64,000 nucleotides of DNA, from positions 6,298,822 to 6,362,821 of the forward strand of contig NW_003314261.1 in assembly GCF_000143415.4 (NCBI RefSeq). The letters are read 5' to 3'. This document shows positions 24,458 through 39,500 of the stretch, in pieces. The DNA comes from Selaginella moellendorffii (Eukaryota > Plantae > Lycopodiophyta). Position 1 is the stretch's first letter. Every line of letters starts with the position of its first letter. The notes under the pieces are model-generated. The model was not told where the DNA came from. It searched no databases and was given only the letters and a program-made list of their open reading frames with translations. Made by a program: the position numbers and the translations under genes.

Positions 24458-27400
24458 ACTCCCACGTGTCATGTGTTGGTCCTTTTGGGTCCCTTTTTGG
24501 AGCCTCGCCTTTTGCTCGCTTCATGCTCGTTCCTCGAGCACTTCGTTGGGAGTTCCACTCCCGCTCTTGACTTTTCAAGTTGGAGCTTTTTGTCCAAACG
24601 TGTTACGCTCGTTTGGCTCTCGCTTCAGCCACTACCATGTGGCGCCCTTCCGGCTCCACTTTGGGGCCTAGGGATTTTGTGTCTCACAACTCCACCACCC
24701 ATAGACGAAGTTCGATGTCCTCATCGAACGGTGAACCATTTTATAAAGTAACACCCGCATGTGTTACCATTTCCATCCTTGGCGCGTAGCCAATATTTGT
24801 CAATGGTGTGACATTGAAGGCTCACTATGCCTTCTCCATATTCGTCAATGGTTGGACATTGAAGGCTCACCATGCCTTTTGCATATCCTCTAAGGAGGGT
24901 AGTCTCTCCAACTTAGAGACTGATTGGACCACATATAGTGGTTCTCTCCTTTTATTGGTTTAGTTCTCGCTAAACCTCTTAGAGACCCTTCTCTAAGTCA
25001 ATCCCACTACTCCTTCTCGAGTAGTCTCAATTTCCATCGATATAACCGTTGCACTTTGGAACTTTGAATTTTGACTTCTTGGAGTCAATTTCCTAGGTGT
25101 CTCCGACACCTTGCCTTGCACCTTTTGTGCAACTCCACTTCCCATCCTAGGAAGTTCTTTACTCGAGGGCACCATCATCCTCTCTTCTATTTCGTGCCAA
25201 AGTTCAAGTTATCATACTTTGTGCTAGGGCTGTTCATGGCCCTATCATTTGGCTACCTTACCGCTCCCTCCCTTGGAGCTTCCACTTTCGCCAAACCGGA
25301 GCATTTCGGAATCCCTCCTTGGAAACACACTTCCTTTCCCGCAACTTGTTAGCGTCCAACACATTAGTGTTCCTCGCCTAACTTTGTCACTTGGATTCCC
25401 CCCAAGGGATTCCACGGCCCTATCTTGGCCACTCATCTTTTGCTCCTATCCGTTGATTGTTGCACCAAGCAACATCGAATCTCTACCTCCCTCCTTGAGG
25501 TATTGTTTCAGTTCCATAGCAAAGACTCTTCTTTGCCAAGTCCGGAGGATGTCCACCCCTAGTACGTCTCTTTAGCATCTTCTGCTATGGGCTCTATCCA
25601 CGGCCCAACTTCGTGACCCTCCCATGGGTCTTTTATAGAGACTACTTTCCTCGGACTCACTATGCCATCTCACGGACATAGTTTATTTCCCTTAGGTGTT
25701 CTTCCCACTTGGTCATCACGACCAAGCCACACCACCTTAAACAGTTCAATTTCAACATTTTGAACCAGGAACTTCATTCCTTAGCCAACCAAGGACCTTG
25801 TCCTTATCTGGCCATAAGATCACCTAGTGATCTCACCTTGGCACCTTAACAGAGTTGCCAAGAGGTACTTGGTCTTCTAGACCTCCAAGTTGTTGACTAT
25901 AACCCCGGGGGCATCCCCCACACTTGGCGGTGCACCCAAGCCAGCCCTTACGGACAAGGGTTCATAGCAACTGAGATTAGGTGTCCCCATCTCACTCACC
26001 ACAACCTTGGTGCCACTTGCACCAAAGCGTTCAAGTTAAATATGCTGATCTTTCACACTAAGCAATCTAACCGTGCATCATGACTCCGAGGCATCCCTCG
26101 CTTGGCGGTGTGCCCAAACCAGTCTCCCCACTGAGAGTCCATGACCACCGAAATATGAGTGTCCTCATATTCCAAACCATCACCACGCCCTAGTGATTTG
26201 GGACTCGAACCCAAGCACCAGAGGGTCGGGACTCGAACCCAACCTCCGTATATGCATCTACGGACGGCATCACACAAGATGCCTGGCGTGACTCCCCACG
26301 CCGGTGCACCAACTTATTTTTAAAGCGCGCTACAGATCACAGCTTAAGAACCTAGTTCTTCCACACTGCCAAGTCCTCTCACTTGACATGTCTGTGATCA
26401 TGCATGGACTCCTCCATGCTCGGCCCCATGGCCCACCCTTTTTAAAGTTATCACCTTCAACTAGGGTATTTGTTCCCCCGACGTGCCAATCTCGCTTGGC
26501 AAGTCCTCCGACCACTGTAACATGGTTCCTGCATAAGCGTGAAAGTCCTTGACCATCGACTTTCGTTCAAAGCCCTCTCTTTGAACACTCGGGAACTACT
26601 TCCCTAACCTTGATAGCCTTGCCTCATGGCAAGCTTCAAGACCACGCTTCTGCTGCGCCACTTTGATTTCGCGCGTTCCATGAACCATTTACACTTGGCC
26701 TTTCTAGGTACTAAGCTACCTAGAATCGTCTTTGGGAACCTTGAAGGAACTCTATCCCTCAGCTTGCTAAGGCCTCCCTTTTTGCAAGCCTTCCAAATGC
26801 CACATAGTCTAACATGGACAATTCCATATTTTATACTCTTCATGGCATCACAGTTGCTAACGGCAACACCCTTGAGCCCCCACTTGATTCTCCACTCCTA
26901 GCTGGCATAACCAACCTTGGTTATGCCCTTTGATTCCTACGGTTCGGTTCTATCCCCTTCTTGCTTTTTGGCTTCACACCTTTCCTTTGGTCATTCTCCT
27001 CCAGACCAGGAGGATAGCTTTGCACTTTCTATCTTGCTTTAGCAAGTATTCTTAGGGATGAACTTACCCAATAGCCTAGAGAGTGGTTCCTCAATCCGGG
27101 TATACTCACCTTATAATCCCACACACTGGGATTACATTGTTGCTTATGGGCCTTTACATGCCCATCACTAGCCTTGCCAAAATTCCATTTTTGGCTTTGT
27201 CCAACTCGGGTAGACAGTCCTCTCCTGTCTCCGCAACCTTGGACATTTGGATAGCACCTTCTATCCATCATTTGCTAGGGACTTAGTCCCTTGGGCTTTA
27301 TCCATTGCCCTCGGGACATCAAACACCACCTTCTGGTGTTTTAGAGTGTTTGGGTGTCCCAATGATGGCTTTCTTGACAATGAGTATTTCCTTTTATGAC

Positions 27401-29791
27401 ATTGACTTACTATATCGCAACACAAGCAACTTATCCCCCGTAAGGGTATATCCAACTTCCCTATGCTATTAAGAAGTCTTGGGTAGCTACCTTCTACCCG
27501 TTTAACCAGTTATTTTGCACCTCTTGCTTAGTTGCCTCATAGTTGTCAAGTCCTACAACTCATTGCTTGGTGCTTTCACACCTCCATCATTATCTGGGTC
27601 ACCACACTCCAACTGCATGCTCTGCAACTTAGGCTATACTATTCCCATTTCCATTGGGATTCCTTTGGCAAGGGGTTCTCATGAACCCACCAACATAGCC
27701 TCAAGGTATCACACCTTGGCACATTTGGTGTCTCCACACCATCGGCTCCACGAGCCTACCTCTATGACATTTCCCCTTTGTGTCTAAGTCTTTGCCAAGA
27801 CCAACACCGCTCTTTCTTATGCCAACCATCCGTTAGCACTGCACCATAGAGGTCACACACAACTTTATGTCAAAGTTGTTTTCTTCTAGGAACACCTTTC
27901 CCATAACTTTAGTATGGCACATTCTGCCATTGATGAGATACCCTCTGTTCTAATCCTTGGATCCTATGATCCCCTCCCATCCTTTGTGGGGTACAACACG
28001 CCTCAGTCCAAATGCTTCCATCAGTCCTTTTAGGACCATCCGTTGACTCTACTTGAGTCATCCAGCAGTTTTGGACTTGGTTAATCCACAGACCCGTAAG
28101 GTCCTACTTGTGAGGCACTAGCTCACTGGAATACACTTCTTGCATTCCTGTCCTACTCAAAAGGACTATTTTCACAAGTGTTACTCCGACACTTGATTTT
28201 GTTCTCTGGGGGCAACCTTTGCCCCTTAGGACTACTTGTCTATGTGATGAGAACACCAACTCATCCACTTAATACACCCCCAACTCCTTGGGTTGTTCCA
28301 GCATTTATTAGAGGTAGCCCCGGCTACCTTTTCAAGGGCTTGAGTCCTCTTCTGTATTTGACCTCCCACGGTCATTACTTCTGGTCTCACATTCATGAGC
28401 ACCAACCTCAACTATATGAGGAAAATCTTGTGACTCCTTTATTGCTTTGGAGTCTTTATCTTTCCCGTGATCCCAACTGTAGTTGTTTACCACAACTACA
28501 TTAGCCAGTTTGCTAAGTCAAACGCTCATCTGGATCACATCCTCAACTTTTTTTTTGAGGAAAACCATATACTATTCCCAAGATCCCAAAGTCGTTCCAT
28601 TATTGGCCCTTTTCTATCCACCACCCCGTCTACAAGTTCACACATGAACTGTAATGGAGAGCCATGTCTTCCCGACTTGCTACTCCTCAAGGATAGGCCC
28701 ACTCCTCGGACCTTCCGATGCCAACACTAGTGGTGATATACTTAAGCACCAATAAAAGTCGGACTAAGGAACAGCTCCGATACCAAATTGTAAGCAACTA
28801 ATTTTTCCATTCTACTTTAGTCACTTAACCACACCTCCGACCACTTGGAGCAGTCTCATTCACAACCTCCATAAGTCCCATTCAGGACTTGGGGCTTGCT
28901 AGCCCCGAGAATGGCATCCATGCCACTCAACCTTTGCACTTGGTCCAAGTGCTCCACGTGTCCGATCCCATGACCGACACCCAAAGGTACCACTGACATC
29001 TCGGCCCGTTACGCTAAGGCCATGCCCATTCATCTTTGCTGCGCAAATGGTCCAATACCACTTGCATCACCATCCCGTCTCTCCAAGATTGGGCCATCTG
29101 TCTACGAGGGGTCATCCTAGATCCACTCCTTAGCATCCTTAGGATGCCCACAGACCTGGGGAATCGCCTTCCCCAAAGTCCCTTTGTCAGTTCCTACCAA
29201 GTCCCTTTCTGCCCCTGGCCGTGTTTGCCAACACTGCCACTGGATCGAGGCCCACAGGCCCGACCACTAAGTCCCACGGTCCTCTGGGACTTCCTCACCA
29301 CACGACTGTGTCCTTGGTCACTACCCCAGAGGACTGCTCCTCTTCCTTTCCACAGTCTGGGCCTTTGGGACGACATTTCGGAACACCGTGGCCTTATGCG
29401 AGCCACCTGGGTACTCTCCCCACCTATCGCCTTTAGGTGCTCTAGCCATGGGCTTAGAGCGAGGTTCTGTTGAGCCACGCCTGGTATCCAAGTAGGTAGT
29501 GCCACCCACACTTGGACTGGGAGCATCGGCCAGTCGATCTCCTGGGGGAACTAGAGCCGGCTCTTGAACACTTCACCAAGCTACCCCGCTTGTTGGTCCG
29601 TATTCACTCTAGTCTTGGACTTCCCAGTGGTCAGTTCATCACCCAACACTGGGTCTGGCCTTCCTGGGCCAAACTGGCCTTTCCTGGCCAAACTGGCTCC
29701 ACTGCAGTCCTCCCCCTACTATACTTTTGGAGCTCACCAAACCCCCCAGGGTCTGGGAGACGAACGCTTTGGGCTTTCACCCTCTCAGGCT

Positions 29792-30242
29792 CCGGACTCG
29801 GACTCAGACTCGGACTCGCACTCGGATTCGGATTCGGACTTGGACTCGGGCTCGGGCTCGGTCTCGGCCTCGGTCTCGGTCCCGGTCTCGGTCTCGACTT
29901 CGGACTCCATCTCGGACTGCATCTCGGACTCCATCTCGGACTCCATCTCGGGTCCATCTCAGGTCCATCTCGGACTCCATCTCGGACTCCATTTCGGGTC
30001 CATCTCGGACTCCATCTCGGACTCCATTTCGGGTCCATCTCGGGTCCATCTCGGACTCCATCTCGGACTCCATCTCGGGTCCATCTCGGACTCCATCTCG
30101 GACTCCATCTCGGACTCCATCTCGGGTCCATCTCGGGTCCATCTCGGACTCCATTTCGGGTCCATCTCGGGTCCATCTCGGACTCCACTTCGGACTCCAA
30201 CTCGGGTCCACCTCGGACTCCACTTCGGACTCCATCTCGGAC
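29792..30242. repeat. Compound minisatellite in the 5' LTR of element A
   Basis: Same 6/11/12-bp units; about 77 bp shorter than the other copy, matching the LTR length difference. Confidence 0.95.
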
Positions 30243-33200
30243 ACTCCCACGTGTCATGTGTTGGTCCTTTTGGATCCCTTTTTGGAGCCTCGCCTTTTGC
30301 TCGCTTTGTGCTGGTTCCTCGAGCACTTCGTTGGGAGTTCCACTCCCGCTCTTGACTTTTCAAGTCGGAGCTTTTTGTCCAAACGTGTTACGCTCGTTTG
30401 GCTCTCGCTTCAGCCACTACCATGTGGCGCCCTTCCGGCTCCACTTTGGGGCCTAGGGATTTTGTGTCTCACACTTAAATCCTCTGTGCCATGTGTTATA
30501 TGCCACATGCCACATGCCACGTGTCTAAAGGACAGTGGTGTAGAACCTGAGTTTCAGGGCCTTAGGCCACTAAATAAAGGAATGGAGCCAAACTCCCAAG
30601 CATGGAGATAAGGAGTGATGGAATTGGACCATAAAGTAATTTTTAAGCATTCAGCCTAAAGAGTGAAGGGATAGGAACACAAAGCGATTTAGAACAGTCC
30701 TAGAGCATCTAGCATCCCATTGTCAGGACCAACACGCAAAATGGAGCCAAACGGAGTCTGGCACTATTTCAACATACTGGTGGCCCAACGTGAGGATATG
30801 GGTACTCCATCAATTAGTATGGTATGGAATTTGGGCTTAGACCCAAGCTAGATGTAAAACAAGGACAAGCACACAAGCAGGAGCTAGACTATACCTCTAG
30901 TTAGTCGGCTATTCCCAACATACCCCCCACAGCCCCCCCCCTATGAGGAACACATGCTTTGGGCTTTCATCCCAAGCCTCCCTTAGTACCAGAAGTTAGT
31001 CTCTAGGATAAGTTTGAAACTTACTAAATATGGAATGTCCCTAGATTGTGAATTTGAACATGGGATGAACACCATTGTGTTTAGAACAATCTCTACATTC
31101 CATAGATATGCCAAATAAACAAATCTAAACACTTTCCATAATTAGCATTTGGGATCAAAATGAGACTAACACAAAGGGCATGATAGCGAGAGTCACGGTA
31201 AGCTATTGTTCAGTGATATTGAGGGACTAGTCTTAATACGCGAGGGTTCTTATCAAGCTAATGTAAGACAAAGCAAAAGAAAACTAACAAGCCAGGCCGA
31301 GTATGCTCAGCTAAATAGACACTTAGGAATTTCTTCCTTATGCTCATCTGACTAAGTACAAATGCTAAGCTTAGTTTACTAACACTATTGATAAAGGGTT
31401 CAGCAATACTAACCTTCTGCCATCACGGCACTAAAGAAGGAACAACTGAAAGGACTAGCCGATAGGTAACTTTCGATACCCATAGTCATATTCACGACAC
31501 CCACTCTATGTGACTAAACAAAAGTATAAGAAAGCAAAAACCAAACTATTTTGTATGCCTAACTAGGCTAGTGAATAATAAATTTAACGAAATTACTTAA
31601 ACAACTTAATGAATTACCGAGCGAAATATTTAACAATATTTTACTCAAGGTATACAGAAGTCTCACTCCTAGTGCTTTTACTATTGTCAAAGAAAGTGTG
31701 ATAATACACTTAGATTACTTTGTAAGTACACTGAGACATATATATATAGAGTTATCTATACAAAAAGAAAATAGTACCACAGTTTTTCCTAAACAGAGAG
31801 ATAATCTGCTTACTTAAGTTAAATGCAAATCCTAAGTATTATAACTTACAAAGGATTTATAAAATTCTACCTACTAAATAATTGCTACAATTTTATGCAA
31901 TCTTAGGTAAAGAAGCTATTGTTAAAACTTTAACGGTCCACAATATAGCTTGGATACTCATAAAAAAAAATACATTTACTGATAATTAGGCTAATAGATG
32001 TTGAATTAATTCTGAATTTAGATTAATAAGCAACAAAATTTTGTGGAGTAAAAATCTTTTAAGGTGGACTATACTTAAGCAAGATAGATATGCTATGAAA
32101 AATAATGTTTGTTGCTCGAGAAATTTTTAGGACTTCATATAAGAAATGTCTTGGATATTTTGCCTCTAGAGGAAAGCCATCCCTATTTCAAAATTGATTA
32201 GAAAGTTATATGCTTGCTCCTAAGAGTAATTGATAGGTCAATTTATAAAGTGAATACATTGCATACTAAAACCTTATACTAGTTGCTCAACCAAGCTAGA
32301 GAAAATTTGAAAGAGAGTGAATTGAAAGCATATTGGGTACATCTCAACGAAGAAAAAATCAGAAATCTTAATACGACTTTGATAGTCATCCAAAATACTT
32401 AAATCCATACGCTACTCCTCCTTGGTAGTATCAGCACATAGAAAACACCTTTGCTCAACTGAGAGTATTAGAACATAAAACAATTGGAGTGATTCCCCAC
32501 AAAAGAAATAAGAGCTAAATTTACAACCCTTACCCTATGATAGTGATCCTGGTTCCCTTATGAACCAAACATTTTTTTTGCTTATACTAGTTACAAAATA
32601 GAGCATTTCTTGTGAAATTGTAATGAGCACAATGGCAATTGCAAGAATAATAATAGGCACCATCATCATATATCTATCCTTTTCTAAGATTAAAGGAGAA
32701 GACCCATAATTGTATATTGAGCAATATATAGAAGCAATCAAGTTTAATCAAGCAAATAGGCAAGAAAAGAATCTTTTCCCCTATACGCTCAAAAATAAAG
32801 CTAAAGACTGGTACTATAACAATAATGTCAAAAAGTTTGGCACATTTGATAAGCAGACAAGGTTTTTCCTTAAAGCTTTCTCCATGAAAATAAACCTAGG
32901 AGAAAATTATGATAAACTGGAAAAACTTCATCAAGGAAAATTTGAAATAATTGAGGAATATAAAACTTGATTCAACAAGTGTTATAAGCATTGTAAAGAC
33001 TTAGTGTCAGACCAAATGCATCTATGTCTATACATACAAGGCCTCAAAAAAATTTATCATGAACATGCTATAAAGAGAGTTCATACAAATTTCGATGATT
33101 TGAAAAAAGCTATAATTACCTACCAATATCTTATAAAATAATATGACATGGTAGATATGGTGAAGTCAGATGAAAAGATGACTCCTATAGATAGGGAAAT

Positions 33201-33522
33201 CAATCGTTTAAGAATTCTTAAATTGCAAAATAATTCCAAATTAGGGATTTGGTGTACTAAATGCAAAAATAAAGGCCATAACAAGGAAAAATATAAACTC
33301 CAGCTGATCAAGTGCCAAATTTGTGAAAAAAAGAAGTATAAAACTAAGGAATATAGAACTTTTTTAAACAACCAAAAGGCTAACAAGCAGCTTGAGTTGA
33401 TACAACAATATGTAGGCAAAGCTATCCATTTAATGATAAAAGTTATTGTAGAAAGAACAATTATAATAAAATTCAAAGTGCCAAATATGAATACTCATGT
33501 GCTGAAAGGCAAGATGACCATT

Positions 33523-36500
33523 TGTAGCGCACGTGGTTTTAACCCTTTATCCTATGGTGATTTACCATAGGATAACACCACGAAGCGGAACCTAAACCCT
33601 CTTTGTGCCACGTGACAGATGCCATGTGTCACATACCACGTGTCCATGCCATGTGTCCATAGGAACTCGAGGTTCAGAGCCTTGGGTCACTAAACAAAGG
33701 AACGGTGCCAAACCCCCAAGCAAGGAGCCAAGGAGTGATGGAACCGGACCACGGAGCAACTTTTGAGCGTACAGCCCAAGGAGCGAAGGGACAAGAGCCC
33801 GGAGGGACTTGGAACAGTCCTAGAGCAACCAGCATCCCAATGCCAGGACCAGCACGCAAAACAGAGCCAAACAGAGTCTGGCGCTATTTCGGCATACCGG
33901 TGGCCTAACGTGAGGATATGGGTACTCCACTAACTAGCATGGAATGGAACTTGGGCTTAGACCCAAACCGGATGCAGAACAAAGACAGGCACGCAAGCAG
34001 AAGCTAGGCTATACCTCAAGTTGGTCGGCCATGCCCGACCTACCCACTATCCCTACTATACATTTGGAACCCCCCACAGCTCCCCCCGCGCCCCCCCCCC
34101 CTTTGAGGAACACACGTTTTGGGCTTTCACCCCAAGCCTCCCTTAGTATCAGGAGTTAGTCTCTGGGACAAACTCGAAACTTATTAAATATGGAATGTCC
34201 CTAGATTGTGAATTTGGACACGGGACGAACACCATTGTGTTCAAGCCGATCTCTACATTCCGTAGATATGCCAAATGAGCAAATCTGGACACTTTCCATA
34301 AATAGCATTTGGGACCGAAATGAGACTAACACAAAGGGCATGATAGCGAGGGTGTTTAGCAGACACGGTAAGCTATCATGTAGCGATATTGAGGGACCAA
34401 TCTCAATATGCGAGGGTTCTTGTCAAGCCAGTGCAAGACAGAGCAAAAGAGAACTAAAAAGCCAGGCCAAGTATGCTTGGCTAAATAGACACTTAGGAAT
34501 TCCGTCCTTATGCTCATCTGGCCAAGTATAGGTGCAAAGTCTAGTTTACTAACACTTGAACAAGAGGGGCTGATAAAGGGTCTAGCAATACCAACCTCCT
34601 GCCATCGTGGCAGTAAGGAAAGAATATCTGAAAAGACTAGTCGACAGGTAACTTTCGATACCCGAAGTCACATTCGCGACACTCTCCCCCCCTTGGGGAA
34701 AATTGATGTCCTCGTCGATGCATACTCGAGTCTAGAATACTGCCAAGGAAACAACTCCAAAACAAAGTTCACGGTACTCACACTATGTGAGAAATACACC
34801 AACTTAAATGAGTGAGGGGGCAACCTCTTTGTCTAACGCAGATTCGCTACCAGCTCAAACACCTTCTGGCCGTTGCCGACAAGGAAATGACCAATGAAGT
34901 CAGCCACCCTTGCTGCTCTAGGTGTCACCTAGCTACAAAAGTGTGATATGCCCCTGCCCGCAAGGACATAGAGAGAAAAGCCAGAGGCCCCAACCCTTCT
35001 GAGCAAAGAAACCAAACCCGTTGGTAAGGTTTAGATAGACTACTGTAAACAGGCAGTTAGAGTTGTTTACACGGTCACGCCCTTTCAACGAAATAAGGAA
35101 CATCGACAAAGAGGTGGGTTATGTGACCAGTCGACAGTAGCTACCCCATGACTAGAGATTTCAATATGCACACGAAGTGCCAAAGCTAGTCTGCCTATAC
35201 TGGCCCAAACTCAAAGATGAATACATGGACAATATCAAAGTCATAGACAATGATATCTTAGGGTTTTAATTATCAGAGACTATATCTTAGATTAGAACAC
35301 AAAAGTATTCCAAGTAAGTTATCATCCGATAAACTAATATTTGAGTATAGGAACCACCAAGATCATCAAAATTGGTAAACACAGGATTCACCATCCAACA
35401 AAATTCAATAGCAAGTATATCATCAAGTAAACTCAATGATGAAACTTAACTACCGAAGATAGCAGACAGTAAGCCAACAACTTACTAAAGATAACTCAAA
35501 GAACACAAAGTATCATTGACTGACAAGCACAATGCTCGCGAATGTATCACTGGAAGGAAATAGCATCCCAACCTATCAGAACTAACTCAAGCAATAATCA
35601 ACAGAATAGAATGAATGCGGTAAGACTAACAAACACCCATTCATGCCAACTATCACACTAGCCAATTCAAATAGATCCCAGCCAACAACACCAAGGAACT
35701 CAAGTTGCCTAAGCAAGTGTTAGCAACATCCTACTGATGTCTCAAACCCAAGAGACCAATCCAGAGCAAACCACAAACAACAATTGGTATTGCAAAAAGC
35801 CATAATCCATCAAAGAGAACAACTAACCATCATGAAAGATCATTAATCATCCCATCAATAGAGAAATGTATAATCGTCATCCAAGAAAAAATCCACCATC
35901 CCGAAGAATGGCAAATTATTCTAGATCAACAATAATCAAGAAAAACCTTTGACAAGGATAATCAACTATCCTAGATGATAGTCAATCATCACCAATGATG
36001 GCTAGATGCAAAAGCTAACTTCAACATCGAAACTAATGAGCCAAAATGCCTTCCCCAACAACTTCTAACAAATGGAACAATGAACACAAAACTCAAGGAA
36101 CCAAAAGCTCGAAAAAGCCTATAGCCAAGTCTTGCCTACTAATGATCACAAGTTTCATAGAAGCTAACTTCAATGCTAAAGAAGAAATCATGGTGCAACC
36201 CATAATATCATCCTCAACACATCCATAAGCTAAACTTCATAATTCCAAAGCTAATGAAGAGCATTTCTGCATCAATCCAAAAGCTAAACACAATGGAATT
36301 ATGCCCAACAAGTGATCACCAAACGATCCTCCATGAATCCATCTACAACAAGACGTAACTCACTTCATAACAAACACAAGAAGAATCATCAATGATCAAT
36401 ATATCCCGAACTCAAATCCAATAAGGACTCAAACAGTCTAATATCAAACATTAATTCTTCCTCTTGTAAAGTTAGCATAGTTCACGACTAAATCACTTTT

Positions 36501-39500
36501 CAAGGAAAAGCTTAAAGCTCAACCCTTACTAAACAATCTCGTTTAGAACACAACCAAATCAATTTGCCATGCAGTTCATTTGAACGTCAACACAGTTGCT
36601 AACTAGCAAATGCATGAATGTCAACAACACAAAGCTAAAGCCAAATCATCAACACTATTTTCATCAAGACTAATGAAACTCAATATTTATTCTTGGAAGG
36701 ATATCTCATTTCACTCGAATCTCAATATCAACAATGTCAACAACAAGGCATCACTTCAATACCATCAACACCAAAACAAAGCTAGAAGAAAGCACGAGTG
36801 AATCACCACCCAAAACTCTCTTGCAACCAAGCTAACCAAAGTCGAAGATACTTAACTTAGTATCTTAGACTAATCCTTCAACAATACTCAGTTTCAAATA
36901 ACACATCATCAAGGAGTGATTCATCACATCCAAGACTCAATGAAATCCAACACTACAGACCAAATGTAACCAAATGATATCGATAGAGGTAGAGTCGACA
37001 TGCCAACATGGAAAACCTATATATGTCTAACGACATGATCCTTGGCAACACCATCCGGTAAAGCAAGCCCATCACTGCTAAATCATCATCGAGCAAAGCA
37101 AGTGTCAACAGTCCTTGACGAAGTCTATAAGTAATCACTAGTCGCAAAGCAACTAATAATCACTCCTCAACTCGCCTTCACAAGACCTAAACACTAACTC
37201 TTGTCATCAAGTTATATACTTGTCCAACATGAATATGATACCCCAGGTATGAGATAAAAGTTCATAAACAAGCACAAACTAAATAACCACTCGAATCCAA
37301 CTCAACCGCAATAAGTTTACTAAAACATTTAGCCACTAGCTCTAAGCATGCCTTGAAGAGGCTAACTATGCAATCAACACTCAGTCGAAACTAAAGTGAA
37401 GACCATGAGATGGACTCATGCCGGTACACAACCTCCTTATTGACAAAGCTATAGTATGGGTACCAACATCTCAACCTCAAACAACTAAGTTGGACATCAC
37501 CATCCTTAGCCAAGGCACAGGGCCAGTCAAGATCAGTGAGAGCTCACTACTCTCATAAAGTCTAAACAAAATGTAAGGTGCAACCTGCCACCGAGCATAA
37601 TGCTACAAAAGAAAGGCACAAGGATCACCCTTCTTAGAAAAGAACAATGGCCACTTTTCTATACCAACTCTAGATTCTATCCAACTCAATTGCCTTTAGC
37701 CTCAAAAGTCAGCATCCCTTTCGGGTCGCATCATACAAACTACCTACCAAGGTCTAAGCTAACCGAAGTTAACTCTAACCCCTTCACTAGTTTGTACTGG
37801 CTTACGAAAACGGAATGGTTTTCGGGCAAAATGATCGATAGATCAGCCATTGGAAAAGCCTGAGAAAATTTGTGGAAATTTTCCATCCTAGAGAAAGAAT
37901 AACTCTCAGTCCAGGAATACAAACTTTCAAGACTCAACCAACTTCCTCCTACCACCAACTTCACATAGGTTCACCTCAACACAAATTCTCATGACCTATA
38001 GTATGCTTAAGCCTCGAACATCTTTGCCCATCTAACCAATATCCAACACCGACATCCGCAAAATGCAAAGTGAACACCCAAGGCTTGATCACGAAGACCA
38101 CATCTTCGGATATCCATATTGCATTAACACTCTTCTTCAATCACCTTCAAGATTCAATGTGAAGTCAAAACACTAACAAGAAAAATGACATGAAAAATCA
38201 AGGTCTAAGGAAAATTCCTCATCACTCGAAATAACAATGCCACTTCCACTAACACCAGTGCTAGCAATGTCAATGCCCCAAGTACACACCTTCTCCATCC
38301 AACAATCTACTCCAAGTGCTAACGGATCAACCGACAAGTCATAGCAAGTGAATGCTATAACCCTTTTCCAACACCAATGGGCAAACTCAAGGAAACAAGG
38401 TACCAACTTAAGCTTAGCACAATGGATCACCATCGAGAATCCAGTCAAAGCTACTACAATGCTACTTTGTGCAAGTAGACTAGCTTCACCATCAACCACT
38501 TTGGGGTTGATCATCATTTAACCAAGCAACTTCGTAAACACATTGCTCATTATCACATGGATATGATATAAATCACAATGACTTGATCATCAATCAAACA
38601 ACACTATAAGCAATGCCTATGTCACTACTGCAAAGGTTTATGTGAATAACAAGTGTCAACTCGATTCGACAAAATGCAACATAAATGCCACACCCCATCA
38701 ATAGAGATTTACAACACCTAACACCGCTAACTTTTGTTCACAAGACGGACAAGCTCATGCCACTCTCTTTCCGACCAATCTCAAAACTAATCCAACACCA
38801 AGCTACACAAGGAGCAATAGCAAGGTTCCCTAGAAAAGAATTGAGCATTGCAACCCAAGTCTTCCAATAGCAAGCCTAGACAAAATGGTATAGCGCTTCA
38901 ACACTATCCATCCCACAACTCATCATTTGTAAGACCATCATCTCCAACATGCATCAAGGTAAGGACTCTTGATTGCATAATGTGAACACGAGCAATGAGT
39001 CACACCTCGTTGTAAATCATCTTTCTGAGAAAAGAAAATGATTTACGTGTTTGATCCTTCGTCTCTGATGACTCTCTTTTCGGTCTCATCTTTGACTTAA
39101 CCTCAAGCTTGCTTTCGCACTGCCTTTAGTCCAATCCAAGAAAAACTTATGAGAGAGCATGACAATGACTACCTAAACCAATAGACTAATCCCTATAGTC
39201 TTGGTTGATCCACTTGTAATCATGCCTAGGAAGGATCTACTAGTGCCGTGCTAAACAGCTATGGACCAGCCTATTTGCCACTCATAACAAACCCAGGGAA
39301 AGTTTACTTAAGCCCATGGTACATGGAACAACTCACGGAACCATTGATAGGCTAACATTATTCCTGCCAACTCAAAGTGTGACCTTGAGTTGCTAATGTG
39401 CTTCACTCGCGAGCCCAAACTCAAACTCGTGCAAAAGGAACATCTCCAATCCATCTTATGAGCCCAAGCGCAAGCTCACATCTTAAGGTACAATAAGGTA

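Larger units (their letters stand above)
22927..30473 (-). mobile_element. LTR retrotransposon A, non-autonomous (LARD-like); superfamily uncertain
   Basis: LTRs 22927-24688 and 28789-30473 (TG...CA), nearly identical; TSD CTTAA (22922-22926, 30474-30478); minus-strand PBS TGGTATCGGAGC (28774-28785); PPT-like GGGTGGTGGAG next to 24689; ~4.1-kb interior with no intact ORF. Confidence 0.93.
22856..31499 (-). mobile_element. Solo LTR of family B, interrupted by element A
   Basis: 22856-22926 plus 30479-31499 align to LTR 33523-34681; flanked by 5-bp TSD CCCAC (22851-22855, 31500-31504); no PBS or PPT adjacent. Confidence 0.9.

Noticed and set aside
23650-24751. Long ORFs in several frames (also 29512-30611)
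   Set aside because: Produced by stop-free minisatellite units within LTRs; low-complexity translations on both strands
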